Positions 1 through 9,359 of a DNA stretch of 64,000 nucleotides are shown here, in pieces. Positions within the stretch are counted from its first letter, which is position 1. Every line of letters starts with the position of its first letter. A program made the translations under genes and the position numbers. Below the pieces are notes generated by a model that did not search any database, was not told the DNA's origin, and saw only the letters and a list, made by a program, of their open reading frames with translations. The stretch lies in assembly GCA_964291235.2 (NCBI GenBank), contig OZ219816.1:544001-608000 (forward strand), in the 5' to 3' direction. Source of the stretch: Vicinamibacteria bacterium (lineage in GTDB: Bacteria > Acidobacteriota > Vicinamibacteria > Marinacidobacterales > Marinacidobacteraceae).

Positions 1-682
1 ACATCGCCTCGACCAGGAAGGGCCACTCGCGGGCCTTCCGGTCGAGGGTGTAGGGGAACTCGATCCGGAGCGGGTAGGCCGCCCGGTAGGCGTCGATCTC
101 CTCGGCGGCGGCCTCCCGGGCCGCGTGCACCTGCTCGTCGGCCGCGGTCCGGATGGCCTGGAGTTCGGCGCGGGCCTGGGTGGCCATGGCCTGGTAGGAC
201 TGGACCCGGGAGCGGGCGACGAAGGCCGGCTGGTGCGCGCCGCGCGCGCTCGGGGCCGGCAGGCCCGTGGAGTCGTCGATGGGCGCGGAGCTGTCGAAAC
301 GGACCACGAGATGGGGCTCCTCGGCGCCGGACTCGGCGACGAGGAACGAGTAGATCCGGCCGGACTCGCAGACAAGGGCGATGTTCGTCGCGGCGTCGTC
401 GGCGATGGGCTTCAGGAACGCGACGTTGGCGCTGCCGGACAGGTGCCAGTACTCGGCGTCGCCCACCACGAAGTCGAGGATGGTCTCGTGCGCCGGGAGG
501 GTGATGACGGTGGTGTGGCGGACGCGCGTCCGGAGCTGCCAGACGGTGTCCTCGGGCGTGTCGTCGAGCCGGAGGATGTGCCCGTCCTGGGGCGCGGCGA
601 GTGGCGCGAGCCCCTGGCAGAGCAGGAAGACGAGCAGGAAGAGGAGAAGGCGGGGCGGGACCTGGGGGAAGCCGGGGATCAT
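1..682 (-). CDS. virB9: TrbG/VirB9-family conjugal transfer protein (3' part outside window)
   Basis: Manual translation MIPGFPQVPPRLLLFLLVFLLCQG...TRVRHTTVITLPAHETILDFVVGDAEYWHLSGSANVAFLKP...TNIALVCESGRIYSF; signal peptide; ATGA overlap with virB4 stop. Confidence 0.75.
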   Translation of the reverse strand, partial: MIPGFPQVPPRLLLFLLVFLLCQGLAPLAAPQDGHILRLDDTPEDTVWQLRTRVRHTTVITLPAHETILDFVVGDAEYWHLSGSANVAFLKPIADDAATNIALVCESGRIYSFLVAESGAEEPHLVVRFDSSAPIDDSTGLPAPSARGAHQPAFVARSRVQSYQAMATQARAELQAIRTAADEQVHAAREAAAEEIDAYRAAYPLRIEFPYTLDRKAREWPFLVEAM

Positions 683-3114
683 GCGGGGCGCTCCATCTGG
701 CGGGCGAGGGCGGCGAGGCCGCCGGTGAGGCCGTGCGCCGCGACCGCTTCGGCGCGCCGCTCGGCGTCGGTGGGGGAGGACGTGTAGAGCCAGTAGCTCT
801 CGGGGTCCACGTGGAGCCGGAGCACGCCGGCGGCCTGCGAGCGCCGCAGGTAGAGCTCCTGCTTGGGGACGAGCTGGCGGATGGTGGCCATCTCCGTCTC
901 GTTGAGGCGGAAGATCTCGCCGACCTGGTCGGGCAGGTCGGGGTTGGCCAGGAACAGTTTCGTCGGCATGGACTCGAGGAGCCCCTTGGCCGCCGGGGTG
1001 GCGGTCACGTCGATCGCCGACTGGGTGGCGAGGACGAGGGCGGCGTTGCGCTTGCGCCAGGTCTTCGCGGCCTCCGCGAGGTAGGCGAGGATGGCGGGGT
1101 CCTTGAGGTACCGCCAGGCCTCGTCGACGACCATCAGCTTGACGCGGGCGGCCTCGGCCGGGTTGTCGAGGGCGAGGCGCATGCGCTCGAGGAGGTAGAA
1201 GAGCGCGGCCTCGCAGAGATCCTCGTGCTCGGCGGCGCCCGCGAGGTCGATGACCTGCCAGTCCTGGAGCTGGAGTTCGTCGGCGCCGGGGTTGTCGAAA
1301 TAGGCGGCCCAGGCCCCGTTGCCGTGCCAGCGGCTCATCGCGGGCCACATCGCTTTCGGAAGCGAGGAGACGAAGGCGGAGAGCGAGCGCTGGGACTCCG
1401 GGAAGGCGTAGAGGTCCTCGACGCGGCTCCGGAGCTCCGACGGATCCCGTCCGCTGAGCTGGTAGCCGCCGATCTTGAGCAGGCGGGTGATCCAGCCGGT
1501 GAGGAACTGGAAGGTGCGCTCACCGGGCGGCAGGGAGAAGGGCTTGAGGGCGAGCGCGCCGTCGGCGCGCTCGGGCGCGAGCTGCAGGTAGCCGCCGCCC
1601 AGGAACTGGGTGAGCCACCGGTAGCTGCCGCCGAGGTCCAGGATGAGGACCCGCGGCTGGTACTGGAGGGCCTGGACGAGCAGGAAGTTGAGCGTGAAGC
1701 TCTTGCCCGCGCCGGTGGCCCCGAGGATGAGCGTGTGGCCGACGTCGGCCCCCGCGAAGAGGTCGTAGTGGTACGAGGTCTTCCAGGGCGTCTCGAAGGT
1801 GGCGAGCGCCGGCCGGGAGAGGTGCTTGCTGGTCCGGTGGCCGCGCGGAGGCCCGAAGAGCGGGGCGAGGCAGGCCGCGACGCCGGCGCTCGCGAAGACG
1901 GAGCGGATCTGGCGCTTCCGCGGCATCGCGGGCATGCGGGCGAACCAGCTGGCGAGCTGCCCGTAGCCCTCGCGGATGAGCTTCGCGTCGCACCCGGCGA
2001 AGATCCGGCGCAGTTCGGCGTCCAGCCGCTCGGTCTCCGCCAGCGGGCCGTGCAGCGCGACGGTCAGCGACACGTCGCCGTAGCCGACGCCGTCGGCCTC
2101 CAGTTCGACCAGGGCGCCCCCGAGACGGTCCGCCTCGGCGTCGGCGGCCGCATCGACCATGGCGGAGGCCGTGCCTTCGGTGTCCTGCATGTGCGCCGAC
2201 ATCGAGTAGCGCTTCGAGAAGTAGTGGCGCTGCGCGCTCCGGATCTTCCGCCGGGCGGCCTCGAGGGCGTAGGGACGCCACTCGAGCGAGAGCGTGAACC
2301 GCGCCTCCATGCGGGCGAGTTCGTAGAGGAGGTTGGCGCGGGCGGTCGCCGGCGGCGAGAGCAGCGAGTAGAGGATGACGGGCTCGCCGTCCAGCCGGAG
2401 GTGCCGGCGCTCGGCCTCGAGTTCGGAGAGCGGCAGCCGCCAGTTCAGGGCGCTGGGGGCGGCGTTGCCCTGCCACTCCAGGCCGGGGCGGTTGACGAGT
2501 TCGCTGAGGAAGGGGGTGGCCTCCGCCGCCGGCAGCAGCCGGAGCGGCGTGACCTCGTTGGTGAGCGCGGCCGAGGCCTCGACGAGCTGGCGGAAGCGGG
2601 TGGCGGCCTGGCGCACCTCGGCGAGCAGGTAGACGGACTCGTGGGGGTTGCGGCGGGCGCGGAGCCAGTTGCGCGCCGACTCGACGAGCCAGTGGCCGCC
2701 CCGGGGGCCGGTGCGGCCCGCCGGCTCGAGCCGGGGGTTGTGGCTCCAGACGACGAACGTCCGGAGGTCGTGGATCCGGGAGAGGAGGAAGTCGCGCCGG
2801 TTGCTCTGGGACAGGGCGGCGACGCCGTCAAGGCCGTTGACCTCCGGCAGGACGCCGGGCCGCCGGAGCAGGTAGAAGTAGAGGCGGGTATCGGTATCGA
2901 GGGAGGAGAGCAGGCGCTGCCAGCGGTTGAGGATCCGGTCGAGCTGCTCGGGGGTGCGGCCGTCCAGGACGGCGGGCTCCAGTTCGGCGGCCGCCAGGAG
3001 CTCGCCGGCGCGGGTGATGCAGAAGGGGTGCTCCTTCAGCCAGCCCCAGTAGGGCAGCTCGTCGGCGAGCGCGCCCGCCGCGGCGAAGTCCTGCTGCTCG
3101 GCCTTGAGGTTCAT
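679..3114 (-). CDS. virB4: VirB4-family T4SS ATPase (811 aa from MNLKAEQ)
   Basis: Walker A GATGAGKS, Walker B VVDEAW, WRKRNAALVLATQS; TAATG overlap with virB3. Confidence 0.92.
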   Translation of the reverse strand: MNLKAEQQDFAAAGALADELPYWGWLKEHPFCITRAGELLAAAELEPAVLDGRTPEQLDRILNRWQRLLSSLDTDTRLYFYLLRRPGVLPEVNGLDGVAALSQSNRRDFLLSRIHDLRTFVVWSHNPRLEPAGRTGPRGGHWLVESARNWLRARRNPHESVYLLAEVRQAATRFRQLVEASAALTNEVTPLRLLPAAEATPFLSELVNRPGLEWQGNAAPSALNWRLPLSELEAERRHLRLDGEPVILYSLLSPPATARANLLYELARMEARFTLSLEWRPYALEAARRKIRSAQRHYFSKRYSMSAHMQDTEGTASAMVDAAADAEADRLGGALVELEADGVGYGDVSLTVALHGPLAETERLDAELRRIFAGCDAKLIREGYGQLASWFARMPAMPRKRQIRSVFASAGVAACLAPLFGPPRGHRTSKHLSRPALATFETPWKTSYHYDLFAGADVGHTLILGATGAGKSFTLNFLLVQALQYQPRVLILDLGGSYRWLTQFLGGGYLQLAPERADGALALKPFSLPPGERTFQFLTGWITRLLKIGGYQLSGRDPSELRSRVEDLYAFPESQRSLSAFVSSLPKAMWPAMSRWHGNGAWAAYFDNPGADELQLQDWQVIDLAGAAEHEDLCEAALFYLLERMRLALDNPAEAARVKLMVVDEAWRYLKDPAILAYLAEAAKTWRKRNAALVLATQSAIDVTATPAAKGLLESMPTKLFLANPDLPDQVGEIFRLNETEMATIRQLVPKQELYLRRSQAAGVLRLHVDPESYWLYTSSPTDAERRAEAVAAHGLTGGLAALARQMERPA

Positions 3115-3404
3115 TACTCGAGGAGGTCGAGGTGCCAACGGGCCGGCTTGCCGGCGTCGTAGCGGGTGTGCGTCTCGGCGCTCGCCTTGACGATGGAGAG
3201 CATGTTGGGGTCCTCGCGCCAGGCGAGCAGACCGAGGCCGTAGAGGACGAGGAAGATCACGCCGCCGGTGAGGAGCGAGTTGATGGCGTTCCACATCGCC
3301 ATGCCCAGGGTGCCGGCGAGCAGGAACCACCGCCTCTCGACGCCCATGATGGTGAGCGGCCGGCTCAGGGCGGGGTGGCCGTGCCAGGCGCGCCTGCCGG
3401 TCAC
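3114..3404 (-). CDS. virB3: VirB3-family T4SS protein
   Basis: ALSRPLTIMGVERR motif, two TM segments, immediately upstream of virB4. Confidence 0.85.
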   Translation of the reverse strand: MTGRRAWHGHPALSRPLTIMGVERRWFLLAGTLGMAMWNAINSLLTGGVIFLVLYGLGLLAWREDPNMLSIVKASAETHTRYDAGKPARWHLDLLE

Positions 3405-3490
3405 GGCTCAGCGCCGACCGTATGCACGGTCAATACCGGATGTCGTCATACGATGCATACGAGCACTAGTCCCTGTTGGCGGTGGGCGCT

Positions 3491-3787
3491 CTAGGTGAAC
3501 CAGTCCAGGAAGTTGCCCGCGGCCATCGTCATGCCGAGGCCGAAGATGATCCCGGCGATCGCCTTCTTGGAGCCGCCCTCCCCGAAGGCGAACATCAGCC
3601 CGCCGATCACGATCGCGATGAGCGACAGGCCGCGCGCGATCGGGCCGGTGAAGGCGGTCTGGATGACGTTGACCGCGTTTTCCCAGGGGCTGGTGCCCGC
3701 CTTCCCGGCAAACGCCGTGCCCGGGACGAGCATGGCGGCAGCCGCCAGGGTCAGGAAAACGAAGAGACGTGAGGGGATGCGCTTCAT
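3491..3787 (-). CDS. virB2: TrbC/VirB2 pilin
   Basis: Signal peptide, PWE..V..I..AFTGPIA, GGLMFAFGEGG, two hydrophobic helices. Confidence 0.88.
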   Translation of the reverse strand: MKRIPSRLFVFLTLAAAAMLVPGTAFAGKAGTSPWENAVNVIQTAFTGPIARGLSLIAIVIGGLMFAFGEGGSKKAIAGIIFGLGMTMAAGNFLDWFT

Positions 3788-3809
3788 GGCAGGGACCTCC
3801 TGGTCTGGA

Positions 3810-4127
3810 CTATTCGGTGAAGTCGCCCTGCTCCTGTTCGGCAAGGCGGCGGGAAAGCTCGGGATCGCCGTCGCCGCGGCGCACCGAGCGCTCCGCGAGG
3901 TCGACCTTCCGGCCGATGTCGTAGAGGCCCAGGCTCCGCAGGATCCCCGCGGCGGCGACGACGGCGGCGAGGAACGCGCTCCCCGCGTAGGCGGTGACCG
4001 GCCACCAGTACTCGGTGACGATGACCCGCCGGTAGGGGGCCAGATAATCAAAGTGCGACGCCGCGAAGAAGACGACGGCGGCCGTGAGGGCGACGCCGAC
4101 GCCGAGGCTGATCTTCCAGGGATGCAC
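3810..4127 (-). CDS. Small 2-TM conjugation-associated hypothetical protein
   Basis: 105-aa ORF with two hydrophobic segments, tightly packed between the relaxase-like gene and virB2. Confidence 0.7.
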   Translation of the reverse strand: MHPWKISLGVGVALTAAVVFFAASHFDYLAPYRRVIVTEYWWPVTAYAGSAFLAAVVAAAGILRSLGLYDIGRKVDLAERSVRRGDGDPELSRRLAEQEQGDFTE

Positions 4128-4128
4128 G

Positions 4129-5031
4129 TCAGATCTCCATGAGTTCCGGCGGCCGCGGGTCGCGCCCGCTGCCCCCCCGCTGTGGTCTTGCCGCCTCCCG
4201 GAACGCCTTCGCGACCTTCGCGATCATCCGCCCGGCCTTGCCGTTCGCGCCGTGGAGCGCGAACCCGGCGGCGGCCTTGGCCGCGACCGCGCCCGCGTTG
4301 TAGTGCTAGGTGGTGACCTCGATGTTCACCCGCCCGAACGTGTCGCGGCCGCCGGCATCGGCGGCGGCGTATTCGAGCTGCGCGTCCGGGAAGGACACCG
4401 CCCCCTCCGGAGTGTGGGGGAGTCCGAGTTCGGCGGCCGCGCGACGCCGTTCCTGGTCCGCGGCCTCGCGCCCCGCCCGGGCGCGGGCCCGTTCGCTCCG
4501 CCGCACCACGGCGCTCCGCAGCTCGGCGTCGAGCCGGACGCGGACCGCCGTGACGCCCTTCGCGGCGAGTTCCTCCCGGGCGGCCAGGACCGCGCGGTAG
4601 ACGGCGACGTCGTGCGCGAGGTTCTTGCGGCGTTCGATCCCGCTCCAGAAGCGCTGGTCCTCGGCGTAGCCGCGGTCGGCCGCGGCGTCCCCGGCCTCCC
4701 TCGCGCCTTTCGGGGTGGCGGCCAACACGGTGAAGGAGCCACCGTTGGGGCCGTCGGCCTGGTGCTCCGTCACGAGGCCCTCGCGCTTGAGCCGGTTGAT
4801 GCCGGCGCGCGCGGCGAAGGGGTGGCCGTCGAAGTGCACGTCCGCGATGTCCCGGTAGGCCACGGCGCGGTGCGCGCTGATGTCCGCGAGCGCGCCTTTC
4901 TCGCGCCGGACGCGGCCGCGGGACCCGCCCTCCCGGGTCCCCTGTTCCCGGCGGTGGCCCGAGCGCCGCAGTTCGCGGTCGCGGAGGACTTCCGGCCGGT
5001 CGGGGCGGCGGGGTTCGGGACGACGGCTCAT
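4129..5031 (-). pseudogene. Replication-relaxation (Replic_Relax-like) putative relaxase interrupted by in-frame TAG at 4306-4308
   Basis: HTH-like N-terminal half, LAHDVAVY, FPDAQLEY...VNIEVTT; frame continues past TAG as HYNAGAVAAKAAAGF...ELMEI to TGA at 4129, 1 bp before the next gene. Confidence 0.6.
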
Positions 5032-5040
5032 CGACGGGGA

Positions 5041-6036
5041 TCAGCGCCCGGGCGTCATCGCCGGCGCCTGGCGCTGGGCCACGGGGGGCGGAGGAGTCTG
5101 GGGAGCACGCTCGGGCGTCGCCCCATCGCGCGCGGCGCGCGCCTCGCGGGCGATGTCCCGTAGCTCGCCGCGGGCTGGCTTGATGAGGTTCCGCGCGATG
5201 CGGTGCCCCTCGGAGGCCGCCCGGTGCATCTCCCGCGGGTCCTCCCTAAGCGCCTTGAGCCAGGCCTGTTTGTGTTCGTCGCCGTGGTCGGGTTGATAAC
5301 CGATCCCCAGGCGGTCGCCAGCGGTCATGGTGGCGATCTCGACGCGGAGTTTTTCGCGGATGTGCCCGTCGCCGTCGAGACCCTCGCTGTGGGTCTGCTT
5401 GAAGGTCTCGCGGGCCATCCGGCTCTCATGTCCGGAGGCGTGCGCCATGTTCCGGAGCGCGGTGCTGTAGTAGTGCTCCGGGCTCCGGAACTGCTTCCGC
5501 TCGGGCAGGACCACCTGGTCGTGGTCCTTGCTGTAGTAGTTCTGGTCGCCGGGGGAGTGCTTGATCTCGACGGCGGAGGCGGCGATCACGGCGTCGGCGC
5601 CGCGGTGCGCCTGCCAGTCCGGACGCCGCGGCCGCCGGTCGAGCTTCAGGCCGCGCACCTGCTCCACGTTGTAGACGATGGAGGTGCGCCAGAGCGGCTT
5701 CTGCCCGTTGCGGTCGTCGCGGAAGAGGATCCGTTCGCCCGGGCCCTTCGGCGGCTGGCCGCCCGCCTTCTTGATCTGGGCGTTCGTGATCCAGCGGTTG
5801 TCGGTGAACCCGCGGTCCTGGCCGCGGCTGGCCAGGTAGAGCGCGTTGCCGCCGGTATAGGCGCGGCCGGTGACGGCGTTCCGGGGCAGGACGGGCTCAC
5901 CGGCCTTCGCTGCGCGCTGCCAGGGCGCGGTGCCGGCCTCCATCTGCCGGATGGCGGTCTCGGCGAACTTCCCGTAGTAGCGGCTGGGCGAGTCGATCGC
6001 GGGCTTCGGGGAGGGAGAGGTTTTGGCTTCAGCCAT
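5041..6036 (-). CDS. ardC: ArdC-like protein with degenerate zincin motif
   Basis: APWQR, PRNAVTGRAYTGGNALYL, DNRWIT, YNVEQV; RNMAHASGH where HExxH is expected. Confidence 0.85.
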   Translation of the reverse strand: MAEAKTSPSPKPAIDSPSRYYGKFAETAIRQMEAGTAPWQRAAKAGEPVLPRNAVTGRAYTGGNALYLASRGQDRGFTDNRWITNAQIKKAGGQPPKGPGERILFRDDRNGQKPLWRTSIVYNVEQVRGLKLDRRPRRPDWQAHRGADAVIAASAVEIKHSPGDQNYYSKDHDQVVLPERKQFRSPEHYYSTALRNMAHASGHESRMARETFKQTHSEGLDGDGHIREKLRVEIATMTAGDRLGIGYQPDHGDEHKQAWLKALREDPREMHRAASEGHRIARNLIKPARGELRDIAREARAARDGATPERAPQTPPPPVAQRQAPAMTPGR

Positions 6037-6081
6037 GTTGGTTGCTCCTGGTTTGGGGATTCGGGGTTCGGTGTTGACTCT

Positions 6082-7155
6082 TCATCGTCCGGGCGTCAGG
6101 GCCGGCTGCTGGCGCGCGGGCGTGGGAGGCGTGATGCCCGGCACGCGCATCTCAGTTGCATCCGGAGGAGTCGGACCGTCGCGCCCGATCTGCTGGATGC
6201 GCTCCCTGGCGGGCTCCAGCAGATAACGGGAGATGCGTTCCGCTTCGGCAGCCGCGCGGTAGATCTCGCGAGGTTCGTCGGAAAGAGCCTTGATCCAGCT
6301 CTTGACGTACGCGGCGCTGTTGCCGTGCCCGTCACGGGGGAGGTGGCCAACGCCGATCCGCGCACCGGTCATCATGGCGCTGATCTCGGCGCGGAGTTCC
6401 TCGCGGGCGTAGGCGGGGCTGCCGAAACCGGCCTTGACGCCCTTGTGGAACGTCTGGCGGTCCAGCCGGCTTGCGTGGCCGGACGCGTGCGACAGCTCGT
6501 GGAGGGCGGTGGCGTAGTACTGCTCGGCACTCGGGAACTGGGCGCGCTCCGGAAGCACGATCTGGTCGGGCTTCGGGGCGTAGTAGGCGCGGTCGCCGGG
6601 CGAGTGCTTGATCGGGACGCTCGCGGCGTCGATTACGGCTTCGGCGGACTTGTGGGCCTGCCAGTCGGCCCCCGGGGCGTCGCGCGCCGGCAGGTCGAGG
6701 CCGCGCGCCTGCTCCACGTTGAACACCGTGTAGGTGCGGACGAACGCGCGGCCCTTGTCGTGGCGCTCGTAGACGGGCCGGCCGTCGCCATCGAGGACCT
6801 GGCGGCCTTGGCCGTCCTTCTTCGGCGAGATCTTCTTGGTGTCGAAGTACAGGATCTTTTCGCCGTGCTCGCCCTTCCTGACGTGGCCGCCGGCCTGGGC
6901 GATCTGGCGGAAGGTGGCCCACCGGTTGTCGGTGAACCCGCGCTCCTGCCCGGCGAGTGCGAGATATAGCGCGTTGCCGCCCGTGTACGGCTTGCCGCTG
7001 AAAGCGTTTTCGGGCATGAAACGCTCGCCGGGCTTCCACGGCTTCTGCCACGGGGCGGTTCCGGCCTCGATCTGCCGGACGATCGAGTCGGCGAACTGGC
7101 GGTGGTACTCGCCTACGCGGTCCTTGCTGGGAGCCTCGGTGCTGCCTAGGGCCAT
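6082..7155 (-). CDS. ardC: ArdC antirestriction protein (ssDNA-binding + zincin-like domains)
   Basis: APWQKPW, YTGGNALYL, RWATFRQI, VRKGEHG, VFNVEQ, HELSHASGH, YAREELRAEI. Confidence 0.92.
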   Translation of the reverse strand: MALGSTEAPSKDRVGEYHRQFADSIVRQIEAGTAPWQKPWKPGERFMPENAFSGKPYTGGNALYLALAGQERGFTDNRWATFRQIAQAGGHVRKGEHGEKILYFDTKKISPKKDGQGRQVLDGDGRPVYERHDKGRAFVRTYTVFNVEQARGLDLPARDAPGADWQAHKSAEAVIDAASVPIKHSPGDRAYYAPKPDQIVLPERAQFPSAEQYYATALHELSHASGHASRLDRQTFHKGVKAGFGSPAYAREELRAEISAMMTGARIGVGHLPRDGHGNSAAYVKSWIKALSDEPREIYRAAAEAERISRYLLEPARERIQQIGRDGPTPPDATEMRVPGITPPTPARQQPALTPGR

Positions 7156-7172
7156 GTGGGTCTCTCCGCCCG

Positions 7173-7388
7173 TCAGGCACCGCCGCCGGGGGCGTGGTGA
7201 CCCGGTTCGGCGGCGAAGTCGTCGTTGGATGCCTGGCCGTCCTGATGCGCGGGATAGCCGAACGCCGCCGCGATCTCTTCGGGCGCGACAATGGGAAGGC
7301 TGCCGTCGAGGGAGCGCGCGAACTCCTCTTCGGTTTCGACGGAGAGGGCGCGTTCGCCGCCTTCGAGCGTGATTTCAGTGATGGCCAT
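7173..7388 (-). CDS. Small acidic hypothetical protein (71 aa, MAITEITLEGG)
   Basis: GGAGG RBS upstream; fills the gap between primase and ardC in the operon. Confidence 0.55.
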   Translation of the reverse strand: MAITEITLEGGERALSVETEEEFARSLDGSLPIVAPEEIAAAFGYPAHQDGQASNDDFAAEPGHHAPGGGA

Positions 7389-7402
7389 GGGTGGTCCTCC
7401 GG

Positions 7403-8359
7403 TCAGCGCGCCGGGACGGCGCGCGTTTGGGTGAGGCCGAGGGCCGCGCGTGCCTTGCGGACGGTGCGCTCGGCGTAGTCGCGGGGGTTGTGCTTGTCCT
7501 GGCGCGTCTTCTCGAGGTGAGCGACGAGGCACCGGGGCGAGGTCCCGCGACGGAGTTGGTCTTTGACGTAGGCCCAGTCCCGGTCGGATTGGGAGAGTCC
7601 GCGCCGGGCGGTGTTCCTGGCGCGGCGGACGGGCGCGGTTTTCTCCGGTGGCGGCAGGTGCGCGAACAGTTCCGGCCGGACCGGGCCGCCGTCGTGCGGG
7701 GTCCAGACGACCGCGGCGTCGTCGCGTTCGGGCTTCTTGTTGCGGAAGCCCGGGAGTCGCATCACGCGGGCCACGTCGGCGACCGAGGAATCGCCGCCGT
7801 AGTGGCCAGCGAGTCTCCGCATGGCGTTCTCGGCGGCGTCGGGGGTCCAGGCCCCCGGGTCGGTGTGCCAGACGATCTGGTAGTTCTGGCGGGAAGAGCG
7901 AATGACGGCTGCCGGAGAGGGAAGCTGGCCGGCGTTCACGTCCGCGAGTACCCGCCGGAGGGAGTCGGGGCCGGTCTTGTCCAGGTCGAGCTGGAGGCGG
8001 CGCACTTCGAGCACGTCGGCCTTTTCGCGCGACTGGGTTTTCGGCCGAATGGGATTCATGGACACGAAGATGTCGTGCCCTGTCGCATTCCGGTGGCGCA
8101 GGAACCGCTGATAGCCGGGACGTGTGGCCGCGCGCGCCGTCACGACGCGCTGTTCTACTTTCGGGTCCGGCCCGTGCCGGCCGACCGCGACGATGGCCAG
8201 CCGGTCGTCGGGCTGGTAGAGGGCGTTGAGGTAATCCACCGCAGGATTCGCCCTACGAGGGGACACGGGCGGACCCTTGGGGATTCCGTCGGCGGCGTCT
8301 GCTGGCATGACTCGCGTGCGATGGCGAACTCGAACCCGAAAGGAAGCGGTGCCGGTCAT
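7403..8359 (-). CDS. RepB'-type DNA primase domain protein
   Basis: FVSMNP, LQLDLD, SSRQNYQIVW, DVARVMRLPGFRNKKP, SQSDRDW; ATGA overlap with alpA. Confidence 0.82.
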   Translation of the reverse strand: MTGTASFRVRVRHRTRVMPADAADGIPKGPPVSPRRANPAVDYLNALYQPDDRLAIVAVGRHGPDPKVEQRVVTARAATRPGYQRFLRHRNATGHDIFVSMNPIRPKTQSREKADVLEVRRLQLDLDKTGPDSLRRVLADVNAGQLPSPAAVIRSSRQNYQIVWHTDPGAWTPDAAENAMRRLAGHYGGDSSVADVARVMRLPGFRNKKPERDDAAVVWTPHDGGPVRPELFAHLPPPEKTAPVRRARNTARRGLSQSDRDWAYVKDQLRRGTSPRCLVAHLEKTRQDKHNPRDYAERTVRKARAALGLTQTRAVPAR

Positions 8360-8610
8360 TCGCGAGGCCGACCTGGGACGGGCGGCGATACGTGAGCGGT
8401 GTCGGCGGACCGGCCGATCTCTCCTCTCGCCCGCGGGCGCCCGGCCAGCCAGGCGGCGAGTTCGTGTTCAGGCCAGCGGACGGCCCGCGGCCCGACGCGG
8501 ATTGGGACGGGAAACAGTCCCTTGCGCATCAGGCGATAGATCGTTGAGCGGCCGATCTGGCAGTAGCGCTCCACGTCAACGCGGCGAAGCAAGCGTTCGT
8601 GTGTGGTCAT
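8356..8610 (-). CDS. alpA: AlpA-family regulator / excisionase
   Basis: LLRRVDVE..CQIGRSTIYRLM..GLFPVPIRVGPRAVRW. Confidence 0.9.
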   Translation of the reverse strand: MTTHERLLRRVDVERYCQIGRSTIYRLMRKGLFPVPIRVGPRAVRWPEHELAAWLAGRPRARGEIGRSADTAHVSPPVPGRPRE

Positions 8611-8678
8611 CTCGGGCACTTCCCCCTGCTGGAGAGAGCCCGAACGATGCTGAGTGGCCCCAGGCGAGCGTTACCAGC

Positions 8679-9359
8679 CTATCCGTGGATAGACTGGCAA
8701 TTGACGGTTGAGTGCGCTTTCGGCGGCCAGCACTCCCATGGGGCCGGGAGTTGCGGGTCCTGCGTTTTCGCCGAGTGGATCGCGTCCTTCACAGCGTTCT
8801 CGCTCTTGTCGAGTTCGTCCGCGATCACGTAGTAGGCCGCCATCCTCCCCAGCCCAAGATTGACGAGGACGCCGAACGTGTATGCGATCCACAGGTTTCG
8901 GGCGTCCTTCGCGTAGTGGGGTTGCCCCCGGTTGCCGCGCATCTGGACCGGCTTGGACCATGTTCCCCGGCGCACCGCGATGTCCCAGTCCGCGAGCATG
9001 GCGGGCCACCAGCGGCGCTCTTCCTGAATCCGGATCGCGATTTCGTTCAGGGCTGTCCAGTAGTCGAGGTCGTGTTGGCTGGCGCCGATCATATTGCGGA
9101 GCTTCTCCGTCTGGCGCGCCGCGCCCCACTCCTCACGCATCGCGAACCAGTTCCGAGCCTCCCGCGGACCCCGTGGGGGAATGTCCGATAGGTCCTCCCC
9201 GGAGAGCAGGTACCGCACGACATAGCGGGCCTCTTCCTCGGCGTCTACCCTGTCCAGCCCCTCGCAGAGGAGGGCATTGTGCTCGTGCGGCGTTACTGGT
9301 TTTCCCCGGAGCGACTGCCGGATTGCGCGCATCCATCGGGCCCTGCGTTCTTCGTTCAT
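8679..9359 (-). CDS. Hypothetical protein with possible C-terminal HTH
   Basis: 226-aa ORF with GGGAAG RBS, upstream of alpA; AAYYVIADELDKSENAVKDAIH resembles an HTH. Confidence 0.6.
   Translation of the reverse strand: MNEERRARWMRAIRQSLRGKPVTPHEHNALLCEGLDRVDAEEEARYVVRYLLSGEDLSDIPPRGPREARNWFAMREEWGAARQTEKLRNMIGASQHDLDYWTALNEIAIRIQEERRWWPAMLADWDIAVRRGTWSKPVQMRGNRGQPHYAKDARNLWIAYTFGVLVNLGLGRMAAYYVIADELDKSENAVKDAIHSAKTQDPQLPAPWECWPPKAHSTVNCQSIHG

Noticed and set aside
601-3162. Long antisense ORFs (also 5203-6969, 33044-35416, 44785-46635, 62142-63920)
   Set aside because: Shadow frames of high-GC genes or repeats with no recognisable motifs
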